64,000 nt of DNA, from assembly GCA_965287045.1 (NCBI GenBank), contig OZ336871.1, positions 58,032,001 through 58,096,000 of the forward strand, in the 5' to 3' direction. Positions 11,541 to 24,689 of the stretch are shown one piece after another. This DNA comes from Carcharhinus amblyrhynchos. Taxonomy: Eukaryota. Every line of letters starts with the position of its first letter. Positions within the stretch are counted from its first letter, which is position 1. The translations under genes were made by a program, and so were the position numbers. The notes under the pieces are model-generated. The model had not been told where the DNA came from. It was given only the letters and a program-made list of their open reading frames with translations, and did no database searches.

Positions 11541-11885
11541 GGGCAGCATGATGATGCAGTGGTTAGTGCTGATGCCTCACAGTGCCTGGGACCTGGGTTC
11601 AATTCTAGCCTCAGATATCTGTCTGTGTGGAGTTTACACATTCTTCTTGTGCCTGTGTGGGTTTTCACCAAGTTCTTCCGTTTCCTCCCTCATTCCACAG
11701 ATATGCAGATTAGGTGGATTGTCTGTGGTAAATTACCCCTCAGTTTGTTTGTGTGTGAGTGTAAGTGTTTGCCTTGTAATGGATTGGCATCTCTTCCTGG
11801 TTGTACCCTGCTGAACGCCCAGTGTCTGCCAATGTAGGCTGACTCCCCGTGACCTTGAATTGGATAAGCAGTTAAGTGAAGAATG
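11541..11885 (+). mobile_element. V-SINE, third tail type (resembles teleost L2-dependent V-SINEs)
   Basis: HE1-like head and V-domain followed by 'gccttgtaatggattggcatc..ctggttgtaccctg..cgtgaccttgaattggataagcagtt'. Confidence 0.75.
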
Positions 11886-14744
11886 ATATGTAAATTGATT
11901 CTCACAATGTCTCAGTGTGAACATCTTCTATTTCTTTTAAATCAGATCTTCCTAGAAGCTCACATTAGCAAATCCAGGGAGATTATTGTTGGGTTCTTTA
12001 TGGCTACATGGGAAGATGATGCCTTCCACCCCAATAAACAAGAGAAAAGGAATGCTAGAAATTGTAGCTAATGGTAGCAGTTATGATGTAAAATACTGGA
12101 TATTGGAAGCCAAAGCCTGATTTGTCAAATATAGCACTGCACACACAGGATAAAAATGATACAAGGCCCTTGCCTATGCTCCTTGGCATGTGTATGTTTG
12201 CATATAAATACAGACTGCCACTATAAATATGCCTAATAATAGCAAGTTTTCTGCATGTGCAAGCGTTCTCCCCTTCCCCCACCCCACATTCATTCTACTT
12301 GTGTTAAAAGAAAACAGCTCAACTCAGATGGACATTTTTCAGCTGCAGGGATCTCCAGTGATCATGGATCCCTTTGTCCTGTCACTTGTATCATTATTCA
12401 CCCATAATGGAATGATAAAAACCTTAGACCTTCATAAATCCTAAATAGCAGCAATCAACAATTATTCTTTTTCTCCTATCAATAACACACTTATACATAG
12501 GAATTTCTAAATAAGATTTATTTATTATGACTTTCGAGTGTTGCTTTATTTTAATGTTCTGCATTGCAACTCACTTTAAATGAAAGAAATTCAATAATGA
12601 TTATGACTGTTCTTTTTTTTCAAATGATAATGATTGAAGGAAATATTAGAACGACTTCAGTTAAAATTAAGTTTTTTGCTTGAAAATTATATGTAATTTA
12701 AAAGGAATTGTTAGTATTGTGCACACAGATGTTTAGTTAAAAGTACATGATTCTAAATGTATTTTACTTATGAACTATATTGCATGGACTGGTATAGAAC
12801 TTTATTCCCTATCTAATCATCTGTAATAGAATGAATTTTGCATGATTAGCAACACATGAAACAAGCAAGAGATTTTGTGATATAATATAGGTATTCCTAC
12901 TACATTGTTTGGTATGGCTCATTCCTGAAAAGTTATATCCTATCAATTATATGCCAGGTTTACATTATTTTCATAAACATTTAATTTTGTATTAGATCAA
13001 GTAAAGTAGAATGCGATAAAATGAAACAGAAAAATATAATTTGTCAACCTGACATAACCATTTTAATCCATATTGCCTGCTAGGATATTTCTTCAACAAC
13101 CTCATGTCAGCAGCTGGCTTTCCACATAAATAAGCTTCATCATTTCTAATGAAAGGATGAGTCATTCTTAAAAGGCAGTGACAAGTCCTTACTAATATTT
13201 AAACCACCAGAGAGTCAGTCCAATAGGACATGACAGGTTGAGTGGATATTAGAATCTATGGGTTATGGTACTGAAGTGACTGGGAATATCAAAGTTGCCT
13301 GTGCCGTGTCCCTGCTGGAACCAAGATTGTTTTGAACAGAACGTTGAAACCATATTGTATTGTCAGAGGGCGAGAAGCCAGTCATTCTCACTGAACACTT
13401 AGTGCTGACACGCTGGCATGACAGGGAATTGCACTAAAACAGCACAGCTGAGTTACTATTTTAGTCCAGATAAACACTCCAGTTTGTAAGCATAAGCCAG
13501 GAATCCCACAGCAAGTTTTTTTTTAAGGAGTTAGCTTATTAAACCGAAAAGCAGCTTAACGCATAGTGTGCTGGTGTGCATTGCTCCTTTATATTATAGA
13601 ATTCATTTGGGAATAGGGACACAATAATTATTTTTAAGAAGATAAGCTAAACAAAAGCCTTACTCGGAGGAGCAACACAGTCCAAACCATTGGCTTGGAA
13701 GATCGAGATTATAATCAACCATGTAACCCAAATGATGTTTGATCATTTTTGGAGAAACTAAACCTGAACTTGAGAGCCAAATACAAATTTGATTTTTCAG
13801 CTCTCCAACTATGAAATTTGGATTCTTCACTTTATTTTCCTGGTGTGGTCTCCAGATTTATTTTCCTTTGAACAGCCTCGGCTTGGCACAAAGATTAGAC
13901 TTTTGTCAAATAGGAACAAGACGATGAAACACTCATAAATCGTGTACTTTTTGTTATGCAAAGAATGTAAAAATGTAAAAAGAATGCAAAGCCACCAGTT
14001 CCACTCAGTTCATATTATTTTTAAAGCCTCAAGTACAAAAATAATAGAAAGGACTCAATGTTCAAAATGGGGTTGATTGTGTTTGTGAGGGAAGAAGATA
14101 CCTGGTTGGCTAGCTGTCTGTGTGCAGTTAACATCTTGCACCTGGAAATTTTTTGTGTAGTCAGAATTTATCTTTACAGATAGGAAAATACAAAGGTACT
14201 GTTAAACATGAAATGCAGAGCAAACACACAAAATAAGTGGACAATTTGATTTTGCCTCGGGACAGGAAAAGAAAAAAAAACTATTGAAATGAACTCAGGC
14301 CAGTTTGAGATTTTATAACTTGTGCAAGATTGCGGACAAGAAATTGTGGGATAAAAGCTGGATGGGGCTGATCTTAATTCCATTCTTAAAATGATCAATT
14401 TCTTAACTAAGATGCCAAATTAATTTCACTTCATCATATTCCCAAGAAAGAAATCTCACAGGTTTATTCCAGTGTATTATTCCTATGAGATATTAGCTGT
14501 GGTGGATGTATGGTAGGCAATTTGTTCCAAGTCTACGCTATTGCTGCTCTCAGTCAATTATATACAATAACAAGATTATACTTCACAGGATTTAGTCATA
14601 TGATGTTAACGATTTAACAGTTTGGCTAGTCACACTTTAATGGACTATTTTCCTCAATTGTTAAAATTGACCCTTCCTCTTTAAAAGAAATCAATGCACT
14701 TCATAGAATCACAGAATCCCTACAGTGCAGAAGGAGACCATTTG

Positions 14745-15113
14745 GAATGCTCCTGAGGGTTGTGATCCGGCTGGGGTGGATGGGGGAGTGGGGGCTGGGG
14801 CTGGAGGGGGAGGGAGAACTGCGGGGGCCCCGGGCTGACCAGCGATTGAGTTGGCCAGCAAACTGTAGACTGACAGTTCGGGGCCACTGCATATGTGCAG
14901 AGTTCCGAAACTGTCAGCCTCTGGTCTGAATAGCAGCACCCCCCCCACTCCCCACCCCGCCTCACCCGGGTTTTTAATGAGATTCCTGATTAGGAACTCT
15001 GCAGTACACAGAATGGGGAGATTCAAGTGTGAACTCCCATTGAAAAAACAATCGTGATTTACATCAGTTTTCCCATGAATTCAGCACTTAGAACTTTTTG
15101 GGAGAATCGTCCC
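14745..15113. mobile_element. Fragment of GC-rich non-autonomous DNA transposon (probably PIF/Harbinger)
   Basis: Ends in 'tcagcacttagaactttttgggagaatcgtccc', the inverted counterpart of the terminus at 15334. Confidence 0.55.
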
Positions 15114-15333
15114 CTGTGTCTCTCGTGACACATGATTAAAACTTCAGGGGAACGAGAAGGAGGTTTAGCCCTCAGACATGCAGTGTGCAGACCCACTAGC
15201 ATATTAATATGGCATTCATGAACCAGTCCTCAGCTATGGGTGAATTCTTCCACTACATTGAGAGAGTTGAAGTCTAAGAGTGACAAAAAATCTGGAATGG
15301 AGCTAAAAGGCGGACTGATGTCTAAATATATGA

Positions 15334-16352
15334 GGAGCGAATCTCCCCAAAAAAATTTGAAGTGCTGAATTTATGTAAAAACTGGAGTAACTCCCGCACG
15401 TATTTTTACAACACTGAGTACTGTAGAGCGCCCTAGCGAGATTCACGTTGAATATCCAGGGGCAGGGTCAATTCTCACTGCGGAGGCTGGCAGCATAGCG
15501 CTTAGGGAGACACTGCACGTGTGTCGATCTATCAAAGCGGAGATTGCACATGTGCAATAGCTCTATACTACCAGCCTCCCGATCACTAGCTGGCCTCATG
15601 GCCCTGCATCGCAAGTCGTGCGACCACCCCTCTACCCGATTGCTGGCTTTCCGGATGTCTCTGGGCCAACCTCAATTCCCCCCACCACCATGGCAGTCCT
15701 AATGGCCCCCGTCTCCCCCCGATCAGCCCTGACCGCCCCTCGTTCCCCCCCAACCAGGCTGCACCTTACCCCAACTCGGATGGCCAGCCCCAGTCATCCT
15801 CTTTCCTCTCTCTGCCACTGATCCCAAATGCAGAGTGGCAGCTGGTGCCCCCCCCCCCCCCCCCACCCCTATCAATCTCACCCCCCAATAGCCCTCCTCC
15901 ACTGCCCGATTCCAGATGGGCAGTGCCAAGGTGCCACTTAGATTTTGCCACTTTGCTTTTGGGGCAGTGCCAGGGGGCCAGGCTGGAAGTGCCCAGCGAG
16001 AACCCCCCTTACCCCACCCTGCAGGAGGGCCCCCTTCACTCCAATGGGATTGGGCTGCAGTTCCCCGGGTAGTGGGGAGCTGTTGTAAGCCCCGCTGGAG
16101 TGAGCCACTCCTAGGCAGTGGGGAGAGGCTAGCAGGCCCAGAGATTTCAGTCCAGGGCCCGCTGATGATAATTAAATATAGATTTCCTTATGGAAATCAG
16201 CTGTATGCCAGCGCGGTGCTGATAACTCTGGAAAACGTGTCCATGGAGACGCACGGAAGCTGTGGTGCCCAGCGGGGAGCCCGCTAAACATCCTCCACTG
16301 ATGGCATCTGGCCCACTGCTAGAGCAGTGCAGTGAGCTGGGAGAATCATCCC
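15334..16352. mobile_element. GC-rich non-autonomous DNA transposon (probably PIF/Harbinger), ~1 kb
   Basis: Imperfect TIRs ggagcgaatctccc / gggagaatcatccc; no coding capacity; internal C-run; TSD not conserved. Confidence 0.6.
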
Positions 16353-16559
16353 TGTCATCCTTACAGCAACTCCTGTGATCAAGCCAGTGCCAAACATAGT
16401 GCTTTCCATTCCTTTGGATTCAACCAAGGAGATTGAGAGGGGGCCCTGACATGTGTGCCACCCAGGAGAGGACAGTTCAGTTTCATTGCAGAGTGTTAAC
16501 ACAACATGGGAGGCAGCAGTTACAAATAATAAGCCCAACTCAATTGACATACAGAACAG

Positions 16560-17290
16560 GCGATGGGCTGTCTGTGATGATGGAGGGGGGGAAACCATCA
16601 TGTCCCACTGATTAGCCACTGCAACCCCTGACTACAGTAAGATATTACAATTGCCCATCTCCTTCAATGGGTACTTGGAGCTTAGAGCCTTTGCTTAACA
16701 AATGGATGGAATCTGTTGCATTAAGGCAAAAAATGAAACAAATGAAAAGAAAGAAGATGCCAACTCTTCAGTTGGCAAACAAGAACATCAGGACCCATTG
16801 GCACAGGACTGAAAGGCAACTTGCGGCTGGTCAATAACATACTCAATATATCTGTGATTGACATGAAAGTTGATACACTAAACATGGAAAAAGCTCCCTT
16901 ACAAGAGATCAAACTAGCTGTAAATATATCACTGAAAAAATAGTTACACATTTATCTGGCAGGGGAAGAGTTCATTGGAGGCACATAAACAAGAGAAAGG
17001 GTTCACTGTAAGAAAGTTGCTATTTTTGATGATAAAAACCCCTCCCTATAAATGATTCAGAGTGTATTCTCTCCATTTGCTGGTCAATTCAAACAGGGTC
17101 AATTAATGTAATGAGTATCTCTGTCCCACTGCTGTTCTCTACTACAGATGTCAAAGACCAATTCTATGAGGAGGTTAATGTCAGCAAAACTCCTAAATCA
17201 GAAGAACTTCTTTACCAACTGGGAAATTTCAGTGCAAGAGTACATGCAGATCATGAGACATGGCCATCCTGCCTCGGGTATTATTCGATT
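16560..17290 (+). mobile_element. RTE-clade LINE, decayed AP-endonuclease region
   Basis: FIWQGK and DVKDQFYEE..LGNFSARVHADHETWPSCLG motifs typical of RTE APE domains. Confidence 0.75.
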
Positions 17291-17324
17291 AAATATACTA
17301 CAGAAATAAGCGAGTGATTCATTT

Positions 17325-17490
17325 TCATAGAACACAGAATCATAGAATCCCTACCGTGCAGGAGGCCATTCGGCCCATCAAGTCTGCACTGACTACAATC
17401 CCACCCAGGCCTTATTCCTATAACCCTACATATTTAGCCTGCTAATTCCCGTGACACTAGGGTCAATTTAGCATGGCTTAACCCATGGAT
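17325..17490 (-). mobile_element. HE1-like SINE 3' half
   Basis: 'catagaatccctac..ggccattcggccc..caatttagcatgg'. Confidence 0.8.
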
Positions 17491-17494
17491 TTTG

Positions 17495-17802
17495 GATTTT
17501 GGTACATTTTGGGAAAAAGATAATGGAGAGGCAATGTAAAATATTGGGTATATTGGGTATAAAAGAGGGTACAGAAGTGGAGGGGCATGGATGTATGTGT
17601 ACACAAATCATTGAAAATGGCAGGAAAGGTTGAGAGAGTGTTTAATAAAGCATGCGGCATCCTAGACTTTATCACAGGGCCATCAAATATAAAAGCAAGA
17701 AAGTTATGTTAAATCTGTATAGGGCATTGGTTTAGCCCCAGCTGGAGTATTACATCCAATTCTGTGTGCCACATTTAGAAGAAATTTAAAGGACTTGGCG
17801 AG
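17495..17802 (+). mobile_element. Older CR1 fragment (left part; continues at 20741)
   Basis: KAC.IL.FI and YKSKKVMLNLYRALV.PQLEY motifs; homology breaks at 17802 and resumes at 20741. Confidence 0.75.
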
Positions 17803-20737
17803 GTTGCTGGAACAATGGTTGCTGGAGGGTTTAAAATGGTAAGGCAGGGGTTGGGAACCAGAGCAGTAGGTCAGCAGGAGAAATAACTGAGGGAGAGCTA
17901 CAGATTAAGATCAGTAAGATTAAGAGGAAGAGCAGGCAGGGAGTTGTTGTTGAACACAGTGGGACTGGTGATCTGAAGTGCTTTTGTTTCAACGCAATGA
18001 GCATTACAGATGAGACAGATGAACTTAAGAGATTGGATTTGTACTTGGAACTGTGATGTTGTTGCTATTATAGAGACTTGGTCTAAAGATGGACAGGACT
18101 GGCAGCTAAACATTCCAGGATTTAGATGCTTCAGGCAGGATAGAGGGGCATGTAAAAGGGGTGAGGGAGTTACATTACTGGTTAAGGAGAATATCATAGC
18201 TATACTGAGGGAGGACACCTCAGAGGGTTCAGGCAGCAAGGCAATATGGGTAGAGCTCAGGAGCAGGAAGGGTGCAGTCACAGTGTTAGGATTATATTAC
18301 AGGCCTCCCAACAGCCAGCAAGAAATAGAACTGCAGATATGCAGACAGATTTTGGAAAGATGCAAAAACAAGAGTTCTTGTGGTGATTATTTTAACTTTC
18401 CTTAGATTGGCTGGGACTCATTTATTGCTAGGGGCTTGGATGGGCAGAATTTGTAGGGAGCATCCAGGAGGGTTTCTTGAAACAGTATGTAAATAGCCCA
18501 ATTAGAGAAGAAGCTATATTAGACCAGCTAGGTGATTGAAGTTTCAGCAGGAGAACATTTTGGGAACAGTGATCATAATTCCATAAGGTACTTGTGGATA
18601 AGGAGAAGAGTGGTCCTTGAGCGAAGGTGTTAAATTGGGAGAAGACTAACTGCAACAACGTTAGACATAGATTGGGAGAGGCTATTTAAATCAACATCAG
18701 ACATATGGGAGTCTTTCAAATGTCAATTGATTAGAATTCAGAACCAGCATGTACCTATGAGGATGAAGGATAAGTGTGGCAAGTATCGGATAACGAGGGA
18801 TATTATGAGCCTTATCAAAAAACAAGAAGCGTTCGTAAGATCTAAAAGGCTTAGGACTGATCAAGCCCTTGAAGAATACAAAGATTGTAGGAAGGAACTT
18901 AAGGAAGAAGTTAGGAGGGCTAAAAGTCCTTGGCAAACAGAAATAAGGGAAATCCCCTAGAATTTTGTATGTAGATAAGAGCAAAAGGGTAGCCAGGGAA
19001 AAGGTTGGTCCACTCAAAGATAGTGAAGGGAATCTATGCATGGAATCAGAGGAAAGGGGTGAGATACTGAATGAATACTTTGTTTCAGTATTCACCAAAG
19101 AGAGGGATTTGATGGATGAGGAGCCTCGGGTAGGGTGTGTAGATATTCTGGGTCATGCTGATATCAAAAAGGAGGAGGTATTGGGCATCTTAAAAAGCAT
19201 TAAAATGGTTAAGTCCCCAGAGCCTGATGGTATCTACCCAGAATACTGAGGGAGGCAAGGGCGAAAATGCTAGTGCCTTGATAGAAATCTTTGTATTCTC
19301 ATTGGCTACACGTGAAGTTCCAGAGGGCTGGAGGATAGCCAATGTTGTTCCATTGTTTAAGAAGGGCAGCAGGGGTCATCCAGGAAATTATAGGCTGGTG
19401 AGCCTTACATCAGTGGTAAGGAAATTATTGGAAAATATCCTTAGGGACAGATTTACTCACATTTGGAAACAAATTGACTCATTAGTGATAGAAAGCATGG
19501 TTTTGTGAAGAGGAGGTCGTGCCTCAGTAACTTGATTGAGTTTTTCAAGAAAGTGACGAAGATGATAGATGAGGGAAAGGCAGCGAATATTGTATATTTA
19601 AATTTCAGTAAAGCCTTTGACAAGGTACCTCATGGTAGACTGGTACAAAAGTTGAAGTCACACAGGATCAGAGGAAAGCTGGCAAGATGGATACAGAACT
19701 GGCTTGGCCATAGAAGACAGAGGGTAGCTGTAGAGGGATACTTTTCTGAATGGAAAGTTGTGACTAGCGGTGTTCCACAGGGATCAGTTCTGGGGCCTTT
19801 GTTGTTTGTAGAATATATAAATGATTTGGAGGAAGATGCAGCTGGTCTGATTAGTAAGTTTGCAGATGACACAAGAGTTGCAGTTAGTAAAGAGGATTGT
19901 CAAAGGATACAGCAACATATAGACCGGTTGGAGACTTGGGTGGAGATATGGCAAATGGAGTTTAATCCGGACAAGTGTGAGATAATGCATTTTGGAAGGT
20001 CCAATGCATGTAGGAATTATACAGTAAATGGTAGAACCTTTAGGAGTATTGACAGGCAGAGAGACTTGGGTGTACATGTCCACCAATCACTGAAAGTGGC
20101 AACGCAGGTGGATAAGTTAGTCAAGAAGGCATACGGCATGCTTGTCTTCATTGGTCGGGGCATAGAGTATAAAAATTGGCAGGTTATGTTGCAGCTGTAC
20201 AGAATCTTAGTCAGGTGTCATTTAGAATATTATGTACAATTCTGGTCACCATACTACCAGAAGGATGTGGATGCTTTGGAGAGGGTACATAAGAGGTTTA
20301 CCAGAACGTTGCCTGGTCTGGGGGGTATTAGCCATGAGGGGAGGTTGGATAAACTCAGTTTGTTCTTACTGGAACAACAGAGGTTGAAGGGTGACCTGAT
20401 AGAGCCTACAGCGTGGATAGTCAGATGCTCTTTCCTAGGGTAGAAAAGTCAAGTACTAGGGGAAAGAGGTTTAAGGTACATGGGAAAAAGTTTAGAGGAG
20501 ATGTGTGAGGCAAGTCTTTTACACAGAGGGTGGCGAATGTCTGAAATGCGCTGACTGGGAAGGTGGTGGGAGCAGGTACAATAGTAGTTTGTCATTTAAG
20601 GGGCAACTAGATGAATACATGAATAGGATGGGAATGGAAGGATATGGACTCTGTAAGTGCATATGCATCATGATTGGCGCAAGCTTGGAGGACTAAAAGT
20701 CCTGTCCAGTGTTGTATTTTTATTTGTTCTTTGTTCT
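17803..20737 (+). mobile_element. Near-complete CR1 ORF2 (APE + RT), 5'-truncated, inactivated
   Basis: DVVAIIETW, YYRPPN, NYRLVSLTSV, YLNFSKAFDKVPH, GVPQGSVLGP, SKFADDT; several frameshifts and stops; (TTTGTTC)n tail. Confidence 0.95.
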
Positions 20738-20740
20738 AAT

Positions 20741-21130
20741 ACACAAGAATGCTCTCAGGGATGAGGAGCCTTATTTATACTGGTAACTTGGAAAAGCTTA
20801 GACTGATTTCCTTGGAGAAATGAATTTGAAAGGAGATTTGACAGGGATTTAAAATCTTGAGGGGTCTGGACAGAGTAGGTAAAGGAAAAATGTTCCCACT
20901 ATTGAAAGGTTCAAGGATAAGCAGCAGAAATTTAAGATAAGGTAATTGGTAAAGAAGCAATGGCGACATGAGGAATACATTTTCATGCAAGTGGTTAGGA
21001 AATGGAATGCAAGCCTGAGAGCGTGGTGGAGGCAGATTCAATTGAAGTATTCAGGAGGGTATTGAATTGCTGGAAAAGAAAGAATGTTCAGGGCTACGGA
21101 GAGAAGGTGGGGGAGCAGCATTAGGTAAAT
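20741..21130 (+). mobile_element. Older CR1 fragment (right part)
   Basis: TRML.GMR, LEKL.L.SLEK and 3' region; continuation of 17495-17802. Confidence 0.7.
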
Positions 21131-21132
21131 GT

Positions 21133-21425
21133 TAAAGTTTATTTATTTGTCATAGGTAGGCTCACATTAACACTGCAGTGAAGTTACTGTTAAAATCTCC
21201 TACTTGCCACGCTCCAGCACCTTTTCGGGTACACTCAGGGAGAACTTAATATGGCCAATGCACCTAACCAGCACGTCTTTCAGACTGTGGGAGGAAACCG
21301 AAGCATCCGGAGAAAACCCATGCAGGCATGGGGAGAATATGCAGACTCTGTGCAGACAGTGACCAAGCCAGGGATTGCACCCGGGTCTCTGGCACTGAGG
21401 CAGCAGTGCTAATCACCGTGCCCCC
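21133..21425 (-). mobile_element. V-SINE, second tail type
   Basis: Reverse complement matches the 7078 copy. Confidence 0.85.
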
Positions 21426-21650
21426 CTACACCCTATATATAGAGCTGGTGCAGAAACAGCAGGCTGAACGGCCTCCTTCTGTGCTGCAACAATCCTGTGA
21501 TTCAAGTTACAGTCCAAAGATTTTCAGGTTAGGTAGATTGGCCATGTTAAATTGTCCTTTAGTACCCAAAGATATTTAGGTTAGGTAAATTAGCAATGGT
21601 AAAATGCATGGGTTATGGGGATGGGGAGTGTGCCTGCATAAAGTGCTCTT

Positions 21651-22010
21651 TATGTGGAGATGGTGGCATTGGACTGGGGTAAACACAATAAGAAGGCTCA
21701 CAACACCAAATTAAAGACCAGCAGGTTTATTTGGCAGCAAAATCCACTAGCTTTCAGAGCATTGCTCCTTTGTCAGGTACGTGGGAGTGCTGTGTTGAAA
21801 TGAACAGAAGGCTGAAGTCATGCTTGTGGGCTGAGTGAAGCTGCTCTGCAAAGTGGTCACCCAGCCTACATTTAGTGTCCACAACGTAGAGGAGATTGCA
21901 CTGGGAGCAGCGAATACAGTAGACCAAATCGAAGAAGCTGCAAGTGAAATACTGCTTCATCTGAAATGAGTGTTTGGGCACTTGGACATTGAGGAGGGAC
22001 AGTGTGATGT
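21651..22010 (-). mobile_element. Penelope-like element fragment: GIY-YIG region plus terminal repeat
   Basis: FTCSFFDLVYCIRCSQCNLLYVVDTKCRLGDHFAEQL (GIY-YIG-like); terminal repeat homologous to 28156-28280. Confidence 0.8.
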
Positions 22011-22024
22011 TGGAGGTTGTTGAT

Positions 22025-22450
22025 AGCTTCACATGTCTATGTTCCATAATCACCAGCAATCTGCCACTCATGTTGAATCAACAGGTGAATTGCAAAATCT
22101 GTAGCTGTTATGTCCAATCTGAATAAGAGAGTGTGGAACCAAGGTGATGTGACTGAAAATGCTAAACTGCAAGTTTACCAAACCTTCATCCTCAGTACAC
22201 TTCTGTATAGTTTTAAGATCTGAACGACATAAGCCGAACAGTTTCCACCTTAGCTGTCTCAGCTGTATCTTCAGCAGAACAATGTGGCTAACACATAAAT
22301 CCTGGAGCATACTATTTCATCAGCATGTCCTCATTTCAAAGCTGGTAACATCTGCACTGGCTCAGCCACATTCATCGGAGAGGTGACTGCTGCAAACCCA
22401 GAAAACTAGCGTATGGTGAACTGGCCATTGGATCACAGGCATTTCTCTGA
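22025..22450 (+). mobile_element. RTE-clade LINE C-terminal fragment
   Basis: KLQVYQTFILSTLLYS motif and downstream '..tatggtgaactggcc' (YGEL). Confidence 0.6.
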
Positions 22451-23509
22451 TAAAAATCTGGCCCACTATCCCTGGATATAAATCACAGGTGGCCAGAGGG
22501 ACTATCAAATATTGAGGCAAGCTGCCAGGAAGGCCAGCCTCGGTGCTCCTGAGACTTCAATATTAGACCCACTGGGTCACCTCAAATCCCCACCACTACC
22601 CATTCTCATTTACCAGAGTATGCCAGTCAATAGCCCCACCCATCTACGTGGCCTCATGTAGCTTCATGCCCCCTAACATCACCCTTTTCCCTTACACCCA
22701 ACTCACCCAGTGCCTATCACAGGCAGACCTCAGAAGCCAGACTCAATTGAAATAAAGTAAATTTCTAAATATCTATTACAGATTTCATGAGAGGAATATC
22801 TCATTTATGAAAACTAGTTCAATACGTTGAAATCCCCTCAAATACTTAATTTCTTATGAAACACATTTTATTTATAAGACCACATCAAAGGCAGCAACCA
22901 CCCCACCTCCACTATGATAATGTTAGCTTGTGAAAAACAATCAAGTAGTAATAATGCTACAATGATAGCACTTAGAATTATGTCAGCATAAAGCTATTGA
23001 AACTGTTAATACAGATTTCTTTCAACTTGTAGATCAGAATTTTATGATCTACTCTCAGTCCTCAGCAGTTAATAAGGTGGTGAACATAAAATTGCCAAGG
23101 ACGGCATTCCCTCTGAGATCCAACTGGCCCACTCAGATGCAATTTTATGGTGGGTTGGGCCGGACCTCAGATAGGAAGCTCACCCATCTGCCTATTAAGG
23201 CCTTTAAGTGGTGGCAATTTAATGGCCTTTTCCTACCCAGCTTCAATATTTAGGCTGGTGGGCACTGGTTGGATCAGGCTGCCAAACAGAAAAGTCTTCA
23301 CCTTGATATCAGGTGTGAAGGTACAGTGTGGTGTCGGGGAGATACCTTAATCATTGCCAATTCTGGACTCCTGATACGGGGTTTCACTCTAACCCTCTTG
23401 GTTTAGTCACTCTGTTAGCTGTCAAATTTGGGATACCCTTCCCTGAGAGACCTGGGAGCTTTGGCCCTCCATCCCTACCCCACTGGCCTACACCCTGAAA
23501 CTGAGATCG

Positions 23510-24510
23510 TCTCCATCCCACTGGAGAATTCCAAAGATTCACCACCTCCTGAGTGAAGAAACTTGTCCTCATCTCAGTTCTACATGGGGCCCGCATCTTA
23601 TTTCGAGACTGTGGCCCTGGCTCCAAAGGCAGGGGAAGTATCCTTCCTGCATCTACCCTGTTGAACATTGTAAGAATGTTGCATACTTCAATGAGATCAC
23701 GTTTCATTCTTGCAATCTTTCCTCATATGACAATATCGCCATTCCAGACACCAGTCTGGTGAACCTTCATTGCGCTCCCTCAGTGGTGAGATCCTTCTTA
23801 GATAAAGAACCTAAGGGTGGGATTTACCATCCACCTGCGGTGGCAAGGGGCAGCCTGCCATTGACCAACAGCGGGATCATCTGGTCCCACTGTTGTCAAC
23901 AGGTCTCACATTGAATGCATCCCTCACTGCTGTGAAACCCTAGGCGGAGGTGCACTATCACTGGGACCAAAAGATCCTGCTGTCATGAACAGCCGGACAT
24001 TTCTGTCCCAAAACCGTACACAATACTCCATGTGCAGTCTCACAAATGCTCTTTAAAGTTTCAGCAAGACTTTCTCATTCCTGTACTCGAATCTTCTGCA
24101 ATAAAGGCCAACATATCATTTACTTTTCTAACTGCTTACTGCCCTTGCATATGAGCTTTTATATGACCTATAAGTAAGGACAGCATTTCCCAATCCCTCA
24201 TCATTTAAGAAATACTCTGCATTTCTGTTTATCCTACCAAAGTGGATTACTTCACATTTTTCCACAACTTGCATGGGATATTCTGGCTGTGCTTACCCCA
24301 AGACTAGAAAATCCCATCCAAGATCAACAGATCTTTGCACGGTCTGTGTCCCACTTGCTACGATTCCCGTGGCGTGTGGGACAGAAAAATTCCTCCCTTA
24401 ATTCCCATGCCATTTTCTTGCCCACTCACTAAGCCTGTCTAAATCCCCTTGAAGCCTCTTTGCATCCCCTACACAACTCACATTCCCACCAAGTTTTGTT
24501 CACTTGCATT
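23510..24510 (-). mobile_element. CR1 RT/3' fragment with two small inserted MITE-like elements (~23816-24009, ~24271-24397)
   Basis: RDLIEV..MRTSFFTQEVVNLWNS; host continuity is broken by short GGG...CCC-ended inserts. Confidence 0.75.
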
Positions 24511-24689
24511 TTCTACACCAATTTGTCTCTTGCTGTGAATGCTGTGTGCATTCAGGTAGATAACTTTTTTATTATTTTTTACAACCTCCAGCCTCAGCTG
24601 CTGGCACACTCTGAAGTTTGTACACTCTGTCCCTTCCTGCCACACTCAGATTATCTATTCCCTTGTTGCAACTTTGCTCTCTTGCCATG

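Noticed and set aside
13084-13133. Possible plus-strand terminal exon (GYFFNNLMSAAGFPHK*)
   Set aside because: Weak acceptor, very short, no recognisable homology or upstream partner exon
15618-16287. Pro/Gly-rich overlapping ORFs
   Set aside because: Expected from the GC-rich low-complexity interior of a non-autonomous transposon
19505-20443. 312-aa RT ORF as an active or domesticated gene
   Set aside because: Part of a frameshifted, 5'-truncated CR1 ORF2 with motif substitutions (YLNFSKAFD) and small deletions
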